Positions 14,609 to 32,492 of a DNA stretch of 64,000 nucleotides are shown here, in pieces (position 1 is the stretch's first letter; each line of letters begins with the position of its first letter). The DNA is from Trichoplax adhaerens (taxonomy: Eukaryota; Animalia; Placozoa). The position numbers were made by a program, and so were the translations under genes. The notes under the pieces are model-generated. The model had not been told where the DNA came from and made no database searches. It saw only the letters and a list, made by a program, of their open reading frames with translations. Location of the stretch: the NCBI RefSeq assembly GCF_000150275.1, contig NW_002060968.1, positions 229,797 through 293,796 on the forward strand, read 5' to 3'.

Positions 14609-15751
14609 ATGCATACCAACGTTAGCTGTGAAGATAACATGACCGCTTTTCTCATTACACATACTATGACAGCGACTGTTTTGCAAGCAACATCGATATC
14701 GTTATTTATTATTTCAAGTATTATGGGCAGTATGGCCATATGTTACATTATCTATAAAGATAAAGCATTACATAATGTTACTGGAGCATTAGTAGCTAAC
14801 TTAATGATGTCAGATTTTTGCGTGGCAGTACTCAACATGCCTGCTGCTTTAATATCTTGTATCATTGGTCGTGGTATTGAAAATAATACATTATGCCAAT
14901 TGGCTGGCGTTTCTAATTCATTATTCCGTTATGCTTCTATATTAACTTTGGCAGCCATTAGTGTTGATCGTTACATTGCTGTTGTACGTCCATTAAAATA
15001 TTTTTTGATTATGACTTGTCGTCGATGTTTTATAATTATTAGCGCAATTTGGCTACAAGCGATTACATGCTCTCTATTACCACTGATGGGTTGGGGCCGA
15101 TATATTTATAAACCGGAGGAGTTTATTTGTCGTCCAAGTTTCTTATGGCCCAGTGAAGATCGTGGTTTTACTTTAGTTATTTTAATAACGTGTTTTCTAA
15201 TACCTTTTGCAATTATTATAACAACATCAATTCGAGTTGTTCGTATTGCTAAAATTCAACGAAAAAAGGTCAGTAGTATTACTGTTCATGTTCGAGAACG
15301 TGGATCGGTATCAGGTATATCCTATCTTGGTAGTCATTGCGAAAGCGTTCGAGATTACAATCATGCGTCATCGATCTCTTCAGCAAATAAATTGTTTACC
15401 GAGATTTCTCCAAAACTCAGCCATCGAAAGAGTACTGCAGCTTGGGGTATGAGTAGTAATAAAAAATTCGATTCTAGTAGTGTTAAGACATTAATATTTA
15501 TCGGTGGCATAGCCTTCGCATGTTGCTCACCGTATTTCATCGTGAGTTATCTATTTTCTGTTATACGCGTTTCTTGTGTATATTATCGTGTCTTTGTAGC
15601 CTTAAAAGGTATAACTGCATGGCTGATATTTATGAATTCAGCTCTTAATCCGTTTATTTACGGCTTTATTAATGTTAATTATAGAAAATATTTTTTAAAA
15701 TGGTTAAAATTATCGTCATCGTCTACTGCAATAAGACCTTTAAGTCAATGA
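14609..15751 (+). CDS. Intronless class A (rhodopsin-like) GPCR, 380 aa, orphan
   Basis: Seven hydrophobic segments. Motifs: TM2 ANLMMSDF, TM3 Cys plus SVDRYIAVVRPLKY, TM4 W, ECL2 Cys (FICRP), TM5 FLIPF, TM6 CCSPYF, TM7 NSALNPFIY. Confidence 0.93.
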   Translation: MHTNVSCEDNMTAFLITHTMTATVLQATSISLFIISSIMGSMAICYIIYKDKALHNVTGALVANLMMSDFCVAVLNMPAALISCIIGRGIENNTLCQLAGVSNSLFRYASILTLAAISVDRYIAVVRPLKYFLIMTCRRCFIIISAIWLQAITCSLLPLMGWGRYIYKPEEFICRPSFLWPSEDRGFTLVILITCFLIPFAIIITTSIRVVRIAKIQRKKVSSITVHVRERGSVSGISYLGSHCESVRDYNHASSISSANKLFTEISPKLSHRKSTAAWGMSSNKKFDSSSVKTLIFIGGIAFACCSPYFIVSYLFSVIRVSCVYYRVFVALKGITAWLIFMNSALNPFIYGFINVNYRKYFLKWLKLSSSSTAIRPLSQ

Positions 15752-17153
15752 TAGTTATTGTTTTTATCCGTTGATATTGTAATTCTTGTAATCCTATTTA
15801 AATCTTTTAAAGATTTATCCAATGTAATAATAGTTTGTTACTGCAACTGTAGAATTTTTATATATATGCATTTTGCTTGATATTAATAGCGATTGTTACA
15901 CACTGTATTTATTCTTTGCTAAGATGCTGTACAAAATTAAAAAAAAAAAAATTGCTTTTGTAATTGTCTTGCTACGATTTTGTTATTGCAAACACCCGTA
16001 CCTAGAATTTCCAAAAATGGAGCAATAAAGTTTAAGTTAATAGTTTGTTATATCCGTCTTGGGATACTTACTATTTTAACAGTGACTAGTGCTTACGTGT
16101 AGCATACTACAGTTACTATTCATATACGAATGTTAAATCTACGACTAGTAAATTTTATTACTGTACCTTTGAACTTATACAATACAAGAATAGAAGTGTA
16201 TGCCAACTCTATTAGATAAATTTGTATCAGTTAGGTATGTTCGACGTCGAATATGATGATATTTCTAGATCACTTAATATGGTTTACTTTTCTCTTTGTA
16301 CTAGCACGTTATTATCTCGGTGTGCATGCATATTAAGCATGCTGTAGAATAACATCTTGGTTCGGTAAAATTTGCTAGAGGCCTTGTCAGGATATTATTC
16401 ATGTATCATCTGATATGACGTACTTTTTTCTTGTCAGAAAATTACTATACTGTACCAAGATGTAGAGAGGTAGACTAAACGTGCTCCAATAATGTATAGT
16501 TGTATAAAAATTAATTTTTAAAATACATATTATACCAAGTCACGAGTATCAAACCTAGAGTCCCTCAAATTCTCACCTACCGTTCTGAGGGCTAAAGATT
16601 CCGATGTGGTTGCTGATTACATTATATATATAAATTTCCTAATCAGCACTTGAATAATTCAGTACAATTGTGTAACTGTAAACAAATAGTTCCATCAATA
16701 CATGTCAAACGCTGTACCCATATTTTTTTTTATTTACGGAGACTGTTAAGTAACGTCGAAGCGCAACAATTGTTAGATTTTATTATTAAGTATGCAATAA
16801 TAAAACGAAGAGTCATTGAGATCAATTTTCAGTTGATACATATTTCGTTTATAATACTATAAAGATTGATGAAGAACTGTTAACTAGTACTAAATAATAT
16901 CAGTGAGTTTCATATATATCGAAATATGACATTGAATAATAATAATAATGATGCCAATCCCATATACAACGTCCTAAAATCGAGTACCAATCTACCTCTA
17001 CATCTTTACGCTAATTACTTTCAGCTGACAACCTAAGTTACATCTACAACTGTCAACTAGATAGTAATAGCAGTAAGCCGTTTGCTGTGCATTGAATGCA
17101 CCTATTGACTGTAGATAATCTTTTCTGATATTTTACAATGTACCATTCCAAAT

Positions 17154-19924
<2,771 letters not shown>

Positions 19925-20134
19925 AGTAGAATAATATAACTGGATGAATTGCTTAGCAGTTTAAGTTAATATGAACTCGATGAATCGATTTTGGAATTAT
20001 ATGGATTGTCGTTGCCTTCGGAACGGCCAAGAGGGCATAGAAAGCGTAAGGCTGCTGTCCAAATCAACGTATCAAGTGCCTCTATTACTATGGCTGCCCT
20101 GGTGAGAATTTACTTACTCGAGATTTTCCTATAG

Positions 20135-21160
20135 TCCCCCTATCAGGCTCTAACCCGTCCCGTCTCCCGTCCGTTAGACTACAGCATATCGTAGAATTAA
20201 TTAATTAATTAAAAGAGATTTTGAGCAGGCCATTTGAACATAATATTAAACATTTCATTGTGAACAACGCTGGTATATCGTAGGGGTCAAAAAGATTATG
20301 GGGAGACTTACCTCTATCAGGCTCTTCCCTTCCCGTCTCCCGTCCCGTAGACTGCAGTATATCGTAGAGGTAGAAAAGATTTTGGGGAGATTTACCTCTA
20401 TCAATCGGATTCTACCCCGTCCCGTAGACTACAGTATATCGTAGAGGTAAAAAAGATTTTTGGCGAGACTTACCTCTATCAGGCTCTCCCCTTTCTCGTC
20501 TGCCGTCCCGTAGACTACTGTACAGTATATCGTAAAGGTAGAAAAGATTTTTGGCGAGACTTACCTCTATCAGGCTCTTCCCTTTCCCGTCTCCCGTCCC
20601 GTAGACTGTAGTATATCGTAGAGGTAGAAAAGATTTTGGGGAGATTTACCTCTATCAATCAGATTCTACCCCGTCCCGTAGACTACAGTATATCGTAGAG
20701 GTAGAAAAGATTTTGGGGAGATTTACCTCTATCAATCAGATTCTACCCCGTCCCGTAGACTGCAGTATATCGTAGAGGTAAAAAAGATTTTTGGCGAGAC
20801 TTACCTCTATCAGGCTCTCCCCTTTCTCGTCTGCCGTCCCGTAGACTACTGTACAGTATATCGTAGAGGTAGAAAAGATTTTTGGCGAGACTTACCTCTA
20901 TCAGGCTCTTCCCTTTCCCGTCTCCCGTCCCGTAGACTGCAGTATATCGTAGAGGTAGAATCGATTTTGGAGAGACTTACCTCTATCAGGCTCTACCCCG
21001 TCCCGTAGACTACAGTATATCGTAGAGGTAAAATAGATTTTTGGCGAGACTTACCTCTATCAGGCTCTCCCCTTTCCCGTAGACTGCAGTATATCGTAGA
21101 GGTAGAATCGATTTTGGAGAGACTTACCTCTATCAGGCTCTACAGTACATCGTAGAGGTA
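20135..21160. repeat. GC-richer minisatellite: ~11-12 units of 73-91 bp, each bounded by the inverted pair TACCTCTA...TAGAGGTA
   Basis: TACCTCTATCA occurs at about 20309, 20393, 20471, 20562, 20647, 20723, 20802, 20893, 20978, 21052 and 21125. Each is followed by CCCGTAGACT(A/G)(C/T)AGTATATCGTA(G/A)AGGTA (last unit truncated) and a GATTTT(T)GG linker. Confidence 0.93.
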
Positions 21161-23074
21161 AAGAAGCAATATTTTTGTTTTTAGCTCATAAGTACAGACA
21201 CTGACAAAGTGATACTGAGTTAGTACTGATATCATGAGTTGATGGCTGTGGACTGCAATGATAGTCTAACAGTCTTGAGTGCGGGCCGTAGCATGATCAT
21301 TTTGTACATAAAATGATCCTTTCTAGACAACGATGGTGGATGTAATGAAAGCGCAGTCGATTGGAGTAGAGTAAGCATGGCTAAGTAGCGCTCTTGACGA
21401 ACCAGTAAATTCAGTGTAAAGAATTGGAGGCAGAGTGCAGCTGGCAATATCGACTATTTCCTATGGTCTTGGAGAGAATGACTACGGTAGATTAGGTGGT
21501 GGGCATGTGACAGGATAAGTCATGAAATAGTAGTAAGAAGAGAGAAGGAATGATCTCGTATCCCAAGGCTCGTACAGTATTAACAAATGCCAATCTCTGA
21601 TTATATCCACAGTCGGTACGAGGCGATTTTTACCTTTGGATGTTGTCAATTTTGCATCAATTTGCACAAAAGTGCATCGTATCGTGAATGCAATGTTTTA
21701 ATAGGGACGGATAGCACTTGACTTGAAGATTCTCTATCCGTGATTCAGTTTTACTTTCAAGCTGTAAATTTAGTGCTATAAGCATCCAAAGCTTCATTTT
21801 TCCACACACTAAGACTTGCTCTGGATTTGCATGAAGGAAATCAGTAACGTACTACGGCATAAACATGTATATCGATGGCTCGGTATTAACGGCATTCATT
21901 GGCAATCTACAGGATAACATATGAGGAAAATGGATTTCGTGTTCATATAAGCACTATAAATGAATAGACTCAAGTTTGGGCAATAAAGGGATACTTCATT
22001 GAATGCTGGCTAGGCTTTTATGCTACTAGTCTTACTTTGCCATAACATATCATTCGGAGTTTGGTGTGTAGTGTTGTTAGACATTGGACTATTTTAAAGT
22101 TTATTTATTGGGGAACAGGAAGAAGAGATGATATACGCGTATTAAATCTACGGTTAGTAAGTGATTAATTTACCGATGCAGTTACGCAACACAAGAATAC
22201 AACTGCATTACAATTCTAATGCATGAATTTGTATTATTTAGGTATGTTCGACGTTGGATAAGATGCCATTTCTAGATCACTGGATATGGTATACATTTCT
22301 GACGGTACGATGATTTATTTATGAATATCGCGATATGCAAGTTGAGTACGCTTTAAAATAACTACTGTTTTGTTCCAAGTCTTGTTAGGGTGTCCAGTAT
22401 CAGCTGATAGAATGTATTTGACTCTTGGAAGAAAATTACTATATTGGGGCAAAACGCAGAGGAGTCAAGGCTAATTACATACGCTGATTACATTATAATA
22501 ATAAAGTTCCTAACCAACACTTGAATAATTCAGTAGTATTGTAGAGCTGTAAGCAAATTGTTCTATCAATATATATCAATCGCCGTATCCATATTTTATT
22601 TTATTTCATTTACAGAGACAGTTAATTAACGTCGAAGCGCACAATGCTTCTTATTAGGTAAGAATGCAATAATAAAACGAAGAGTTATTGAGATCGATTT
22701 TCAGTTGATGCGTAGACATTTCGTTTAGAACATTATCAAGATTGAGGAAAAACTGTTAACTAGTACTACATTATATCAGTGAGTTTCATATATATCGCAA
22801 TATGACTTTGAAGAATAATAATGATACCAATCCCATAGACAACGTCCTAAAATCGAGCTCCAATCTACCTCTACATCTTTACGCTAATTACTTTCAGCTG
22901 ACAATCTAAGTTACATCTACAATTATGGACTAGATAGTAATAACAGTAATTACGCTGTTATCCTGCTTAGCTCTTTGTAATCTGTTAAAAAAAAAGACTT
23001 TTTGCTGTGCATTGAATGTACCTATTGACTGTAGATAATCTTTTCTGATATTTTACAAAAGTACGATTTCAAAT

Positions 23075-25825
<2,751 letters not shown>

Positions 25826-26139
25826 GGTTGAGCAATAGAACCAGATCAATTGCTTGGCAGTTTCAGTCAATATCAACTAGATAATCGATTTTATGCCCTT
25901 CAATACAGATGGTTGGGATAGAAACTTTTGCAAGAGCAGAAATGGCAGCAACTTGCAGACGAGTTTTGAGATTGCAGCCACAACACGATGACGAACCCGA
26001 TTGGTGAGAAGACGGCCACCAAGGTCGATCGACTCTATCAAACAGTACTGCCGATTGCGGTCTAAATCAACGTATCAACTGCAGTAGTAACTGTTGTTGG
26101 CCAACAGCAGGAAGATTTCAGGGTCTGTCTCGACCAGGG

Positions 26140-27600
26140 TGCTCCCTCCACAGTCTACAGTCTACAGTCTACAGTCGCATACTGTGGACTACAGTACAAT
26201 CGGATACTGTACCATGTCCGGTACAGTGCACAGTACAGTACAGGGACGACGACTACAGTACCTTCCGGTACTGTACACTGTAGAGTTGGTGGATGAAGGG
26301 ATCCTGTACTGTACCTGTGTACCACGTGATGAACTTCGGTGGCACTACGCAAAAGAAGCTGTGGAGGCTAAATCAGCCCAAAGTCGATGATAGGCGAGGC
26401 GGAAAAAGTCTGCCAGTCCGAGAGTGGACCGTCCTGTCCAAGTTCCCAGCCAGGTCATGCATGGTCTTGTTTACCTTCCCCCAAAACTCCCCTACTAGGG
26501 TTTTTCCATGCTTGTACACAGTACTGTAAACTACTGTACTGTCTACTGCACAGTAGTTACTGTACAGTAGACCTGGACTGAGTACTCTCGGACTGACGGA
26601 TATTTTCCGCATCGCTTATCAAAATACAGTACTGTACTGTGTCCTACCATGGAAAAACCCTTGTACTGTACTGTACTGTATGACTTACAGTACAGTACTG
26701 TACTGTAGACCTAGACTGTCACTGGACTCAATACACTCGGACTGACGGACATTCTTCCCATCGCTTATCAAACTATTGTACTGTACTACATAGAGTCCAG
26801 TCTCTGGGACTACTGTACTGACGGACATTTTCCCCATCGCCTTACACTACTGTATGACTTACTGTACAGTAGACCTGGACTGAGTACTCTCGGACTGACG
26901 GATATTTTCCGCATCGCTTATCAAAATACAGTACTGTACTGTGTCCTACCATGGAAAAACCCTTGTACTGTACTGTCCTTTGGGGATACTGTAAAGAAGA
27001 CCATGTACTGTACAGTACTGTATGACTTACAGTACAGTACTGTACTGTAGACCTAGACTGTCACTGGACTCAATACACTCGGACTGACGGACATTTTCCC
27101 CATCGCCTTACACTACTGTATGACTTACTGGACTGTAGATTTTCGGATCGCATTTCGGATTTTATGTAGCGCTTTCAATCGGATTAAATGTTTAGTCGTA
27201 GTGGGGTTATAATACACTACTGTAGACCTAGACTGTCACTGGACTAACACACTCGGACTGACGGACATTCTTCCCATTGCTTATCAAACTATTGTACTAC
27301 ATAGAGTCCAGTCTCTGGGACTACTGTACTGACGGACATTTTCCCCATCGCCTTACACTACTGTATGACTTACTGTACTGTAGACCTAGACTGTCACTGG
27401 ACTCAATACACTCGGACTGACGGACATTCTTCCCATTGCTTATCAAACTACATAGAGTCCAGTCTCCGGGACTATTGTCCAGTACTATACTGTACGACTC
27501 TACAGTACAGTAAAACAGTCTACAGTGTACAGTACGGTACTGGATGCCTGGCAGTCGAGTACATGTACTGTACATCTTGTACTGTACGGTAGCAGGTCTA
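26140..27600. repeat. Complex satellite and TACAG/TACTG-rich tract in the divergent METAP2-LRRC59 intergenic region
   Basis: The unit TAGACCT(A/G)GACTG...CTCGGACTGACGGA(C/T)ATT..CCCATCGCTTA recurs at about 26570, 26705, 26870, 27048, 27222 and 27381. A block at ~26557-26675 is repeated 302 bp later. (TACAG)n/(TACTG)n is dense throughout. Confidence 0.9.
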
Positions 27601-27895
27601 GTCAGGGGAAAGTCAAACCAGTTATTGTACTGTTGCGTCACCATTCAAACGTCAGACTAGCGCAGTGACATTCGATGACTGACTCACCGAGATTATCCAA
27701 CTGAAAGTGCTTCCGCCATTGAATTCAAGTTTCTCCTCTGCTTTCCTTGATTTCCTTTGCAGTCCATTGCTAGAAATTTCCTCGTCAATTCCACCTTTGC
27801 CTAGGTTTCATTTCCTATCCAACAAGGAGACACAAACATACTGTGGTGGAATCGGGTAGACAAGAGGAACATTGATCCAATCCAAGACGTTGAAA

Positions 27896-30800
27896 ATGGC
27901 ATCCAAAGAAGCCAGTCAAAAGCAATTCAAGTTCATCAAAGACAAATTAGATGGCAATCATTTGGATTTGAGTTTATGCAGTTTAACTAAGATTCCTGTT
28001 AAAGAATTGGTAAGTACATTGGTCATTTTGTCATGTCAACATGTCAAGGACTTGCAGTTATGCTTGGCCATGTTGTCTATCCTATGTCATTCCATTCTTC
28101 AACCACCATTGACGTACTGTACGGTAGCCATCAACAATCAGCTCCGTTCCTGCTCAACCTTCATAACATGCTACTCGACCATGCAGGATGATAGTCAGTT
28201 AGTGGTGTATTGCTTCTTCTTCTTTACGATCTCAATGAGTAGAAAGACTATTCTCAACCTTTCTATCCAATAGAGACACTGTAGGCAGTTGCTGCGGAGT
28301 AGCGCCTACGGTAGAGGAGGATTCTATTTGGACAGATTACCGACTAAAACGTTCATCACATGGATAAAGAATAACATGTACAGTAAATCATGCAACTGCC
28401 AATCGCTTACCAACTATTACTATAGCGTAACTAGTCTTGACAAGCTAGCAAAAATAACATAACGTTGTCATTGCCAATCCAGGGAAAACTTCTACTTGAC
28501 ATCATGCAATCACCTGCACACCTGCCTCTTCATACTAGAGGCAATCATCACCTCCAACCAATGGATAGGAAATTGATTATCTTTGCAAAACACGATAATA
28601 TCATGACCAAACAATCGACTGCTGCCATAGTATGAAATGGACTTGAGTGGATAGAAAGTCCTTCAAGCAAAGTAATTGTACGTACTGGATGTGCTATAAT
28701 CCTACCAGTGGATACAGTCAAGAGTATGATCGACAAACAGAATCAATGGAGTCGTAGTCAAGTTGAAATTAGAAATTTGCGGTAAAGCAACGTGCGTCCA
28801 AGCTATCCTTTAGCACGACCCAATAGGAAGATTAGAGTAGTCATATTAACAAAAGCAAGTTGACACAGTAATTGCAAGTGCAGGTAGAAAGTTGAACTTG
28901 ACTGGATAAAATCCAACCCTTTGTACTGCACAATGTGCAATGTACAGCAATCATTTCACACCATCATCAATGGCCATCTCCAATAAGCAATAGACGAATG
29001 CATATCAAATGATTAATGCTTACAAAATGATAGTATTGCAAAACAACGTATTCTTATCTTGATAATAAAATATTGTGTTTTATTCTCTTCCTTACATAAC
29101 TGTAAAGTCGATGATTCCTAAAGCAAATCAAGTCGATCTCAGCTGCAATCAATTAACCAGTATTCCGGTGAGTTAAAACTACCCAAGTTAACTCTATCTT
29201 CTATGTTATATCAGCAACCTCTCATGCAAACATGAGGTCAATCTGTACGGAGAGGTGGTGTGGTTTAGGCACAAGCATACAGTGAACAAGTATTATACAA
29301 TGCAAAATAGATGCTTTTTGAGGGGGAATACAGTAAATTGGCGAATTCGATATTGAGTACGTAGACACTAAGCAGTATAAAACAACTGCTAAAGGTGTTT
29401 TGAGCTGTTCTTATCCTTAAGGCATGCAATAGATACGATAGAATTTGATACACAGTAATATCAATGGTGTTACAGTACATAATGTTAGACAAATAAATTA
29501 TCAAAGTAAGGAAATACTTGCAAAAAATCATTCTTAGAATGCTCGTTACTCTTCCCTAGTTTTTACTGACGTTGCAATCAGTTTTATAGCTCTACAGATA
29601 GGCTATGCCATTCAGTCTTGTCTAAATTTGATCTGTAACTGTAATTTCTACTACCTCCATTCATTACTTTGCTTTTATGCACTGCTGAAATAGGAATCAT
29701 TTTGCACCTTGTCCTATATCGTAATGTTGGATTTAAGTAGTAACAAGTTAACAAGCTTGCCGTCGCATTTTGGTCAACTTCGTAATCTGAAAAAATTAGA
29801 GTTATACCGCAATCAATTAACCGATTTACCAAGTAGCATGTTTAAATTAGCAAACTTAAAATGGTTAGACTTAAAAGATAATCCTCTTAATCCAGAATTA
29901 AAAGGCATCGCTGGTAACTGCGTGACAGAAAACGAATGCAAAAATTGTGCTGTTAAGGTATTGCTCGTCTGATTATAAGTTATAAAGACAATAATTGTAT
30001 TAACGGTAAGTAGGTAGAATGCGCTCAATAATATGCAATTGGGATTATCGGATGCCATTGTTGGCAGGTTGTAGGTCATTTGAAAAAACGACAAGCTGAT
30101 GAAGAAAGGAGCAGACAAGAACAGCTGAAAGAACAGCAGAAACTCGAAAGAGGTTAGTTAATCGAGATTGATAATGCTACAAAAGAATTGAATAGTTGTT
30201 ATGGCTATTATTCCTTGTCAGAAAATAAACCTATTTAAGGAAATGCCACTGTTACAATTTTAAAAAGAGTACTAATAAAGAGGAAAGGCTCTCTTACATT
30301 AAAATGTATTTGTTTCTCAGAAAAAGAAGCTCAAAAGAAGGCCGAAGAAGCGAAAGAAAAGGAAGTGCTACGTCGACGTAAAGCAGAGGAGAAAGAGAAA
30401 CGTAGAAAAGAATACCAAACTCAGTTACAAAAACAACAGAGTCAAGCTGCTACAAAATCAGTCAATGAAGATACCGATCAGGACTTGGACACTAAAGCAG
30501 TTAATTCAGGTGAAGTTCGCAATGTACATTTTATAACATACAGTACTTAAATCGACCACTCACATGCAGTTAAGGATACCTTTAATCCAATAGTGTAATG
30601 TAAATTTATTACTTAAATATCAATATGGCTTTTTACATTACACACTTGTATCGCAATATTAAATAGTTTAACTTTAATTTCGCTGATTGAGACATTTTAC
30701 AGCTTGGTTTTTCATGTAGCCAAACTTTAATGACGTTGTTATCATTCGTAATAATATTAAAGGATTAGCTCGTAGTTACCTTATTTATCTTCTTTTTTAT

Positions 30801-31006
30801 TAATCTTTCATTTTAATTCTCAATTTGTAGGAAATGTGAGGAAAAGAGAGTCAGGAAATATCTTTATAACATTGTTACTATTAGTTGTAGTCGTAGCTGT
30901 ATTGCTAGTAGGAATTCTTTATGGCTGTCGAAATAATTCACACGAAATTTGTCGAAAAATTAAAAGTACTAAATGGTTTGATTATGTAGCCGATAAAATA
31001 ATGTAG
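27896..31006 (+). CDS. LRRC59: Leucine-rich repeat-containing protein 59 (LRRs, coiled coil, C-terminal membrane anchor), 6 exons, ~295 aa
   Basis: Exons 27896-28009, 29108-29167, 29694-29957, 30068-30152, 30321-30509 and 30831-31006 are in frame. KDKLDGNHLDLSL..PVKEL, DLSCNQLTSIP, LKWLDLKDNPL..IAGNC....CKNCAVKV, KAEEKEKRRKEY and TM IFITLLLLVVVVAVLLVGILYGC match the human LRRC59 pattern as I recall it. Confidence 0.92.
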
Positions 31007-31837
31007 GCATGGATAAGTATCTAGTAATACATTTAAAATCTGATATGCAAAGAGGCATAAAAAAATAAAGATTGCCAGATATTTTTAAAAATTTTCTTCT
31101 TTGTCGCTTCGATGTCCATGTGCTCCATGAATAGGTTTAATGATACAGTAATGTTATTTGTGCTCAATTTCTGAATTATAACGCTCCATTTACCACTTCA
31201 AAAAGTGCTCTTTAAGTGCAGTTGAATACAAATTGAACTGAAAGATTCGCAAGAACGAAAATGTAAATTGGACTGGAAGTTCTGCAAACGTGCTCATGGC
31301 AGTATTGTGAAGCTCATATCATAAGCAAGTGTACGGTTATCAATTAAGTGAAATTACACTTAAAGCCTTTATTGCAATTATCATCATTACTATCCGTAGA
31401 TAAAGTTACTGTACCCAAACTCTTGGGTATGGACTAACTCACAGTCACTTGCCATGATAACCGTGTTCGTCCGCCAAATCGTGAATAACTCTCTGATTAT
31501 TCATGTTCTATCTGAACGCAATTATTAGATATTCAAGAAGTTTCTATTATTACGCCAATTGAGGTGCGCTATGGGCAAACCTAGCAAGGACTATTGTACT
31601 TGATATACGAGTACAAAGTTCGAATAAATTACAGCGATGTCATAGAATGATTCGTTTGGGGAATTTTTCAATTAAATGATCTTATCCTAAAATTATCATT
31701 TGTTTTTTTTAATATTAATTTTTATAGCCATGTCAATATAAATCACACTAGATAATGTTGAAGCACTATTACAATGGTATTTTTATCGAACATGAAACTG
31801 ATCATCTTTGTTACTATACATAAAATTAGCCTTCTGT

Positions 31838-32492
31838 TTATTTCTGTTCAGGTTTTCGATCTCTTCTGACCACAGGTGATTGCTGACTCAGTCGATTCTA
31901 AAATAAAATGGAGGTGAATTAATTTTTGTTTTATCCATCGACTATATAGAAAACTGAGTCAATCATGACTAGGAATAAATCAATAGCTGCCGCTGCAGAT
32001 ACTTCTTCTCATTTAAGCAACCTCACACCTGTTTCTCAACTTGAGAAAGATATCTCAAATCCTGCTGTATTATCAGGAAAGAATCGGCTGCACTGTCGCT
32101 GTGGCTTGTGGACAAAGATGTTCCATGATTCTGCTTATCTGACTGCGAAGCTGCTGATAGGCGTCTTATAACTCTTGCAAGGCGCACTTCGTCGATTGAA
32201 TTATATATACTCTCGTTATCACTGTCATTGGATGATTGGGATCCAGAAAGATTTGTTTTTGCTATAGCAGAATCGGCAAGATTCGACTCCTGCAATATCT
32301 GAAGAAGATTTTCTTGGTTCTTGATACTTTGATTTGCGTCGCGTTAATAAATGGAGAGTTATTCCAGTTTAAAACTAATAAAGCTGTTAAGATAATGCAT
32401 ACTCGCCTTTTGTACTAAGAAAATGTACCTGATGTACCAGTAAGCATTTGCTGTTAGTCTATCGATTAAATGGTGTGCATTTGTTCTATATC
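31838..32492 (-). other. Possible orphan exons or gene remnant (Ser-rich, no recognisable domain)
   Basis: Open frame 32023..32295 ends in CAG|gtgtga. An acceptor ttttag leads into NRLSQQSPVVRRDRKPEQK* (~31897-31838). A further exon-like block lies at ~32492-32429, but joining it in frame meets two stops. Confidence 0.25.

Noticed and set aside
20135-21160. CRISPR-like appearance (palindromic repeat plus variable interior)
   Set aside because: The interiors are recurring variants of one sequence, not unique spacers. The context is intron-containing eukaryotic DNA with no cas genes.
26094-27644. Overlapping short ORFs on both strands
   Set aside because: They are translations of the TACAG/TACTG satellite (YSTV/YCTV-rich) with no domain signal.
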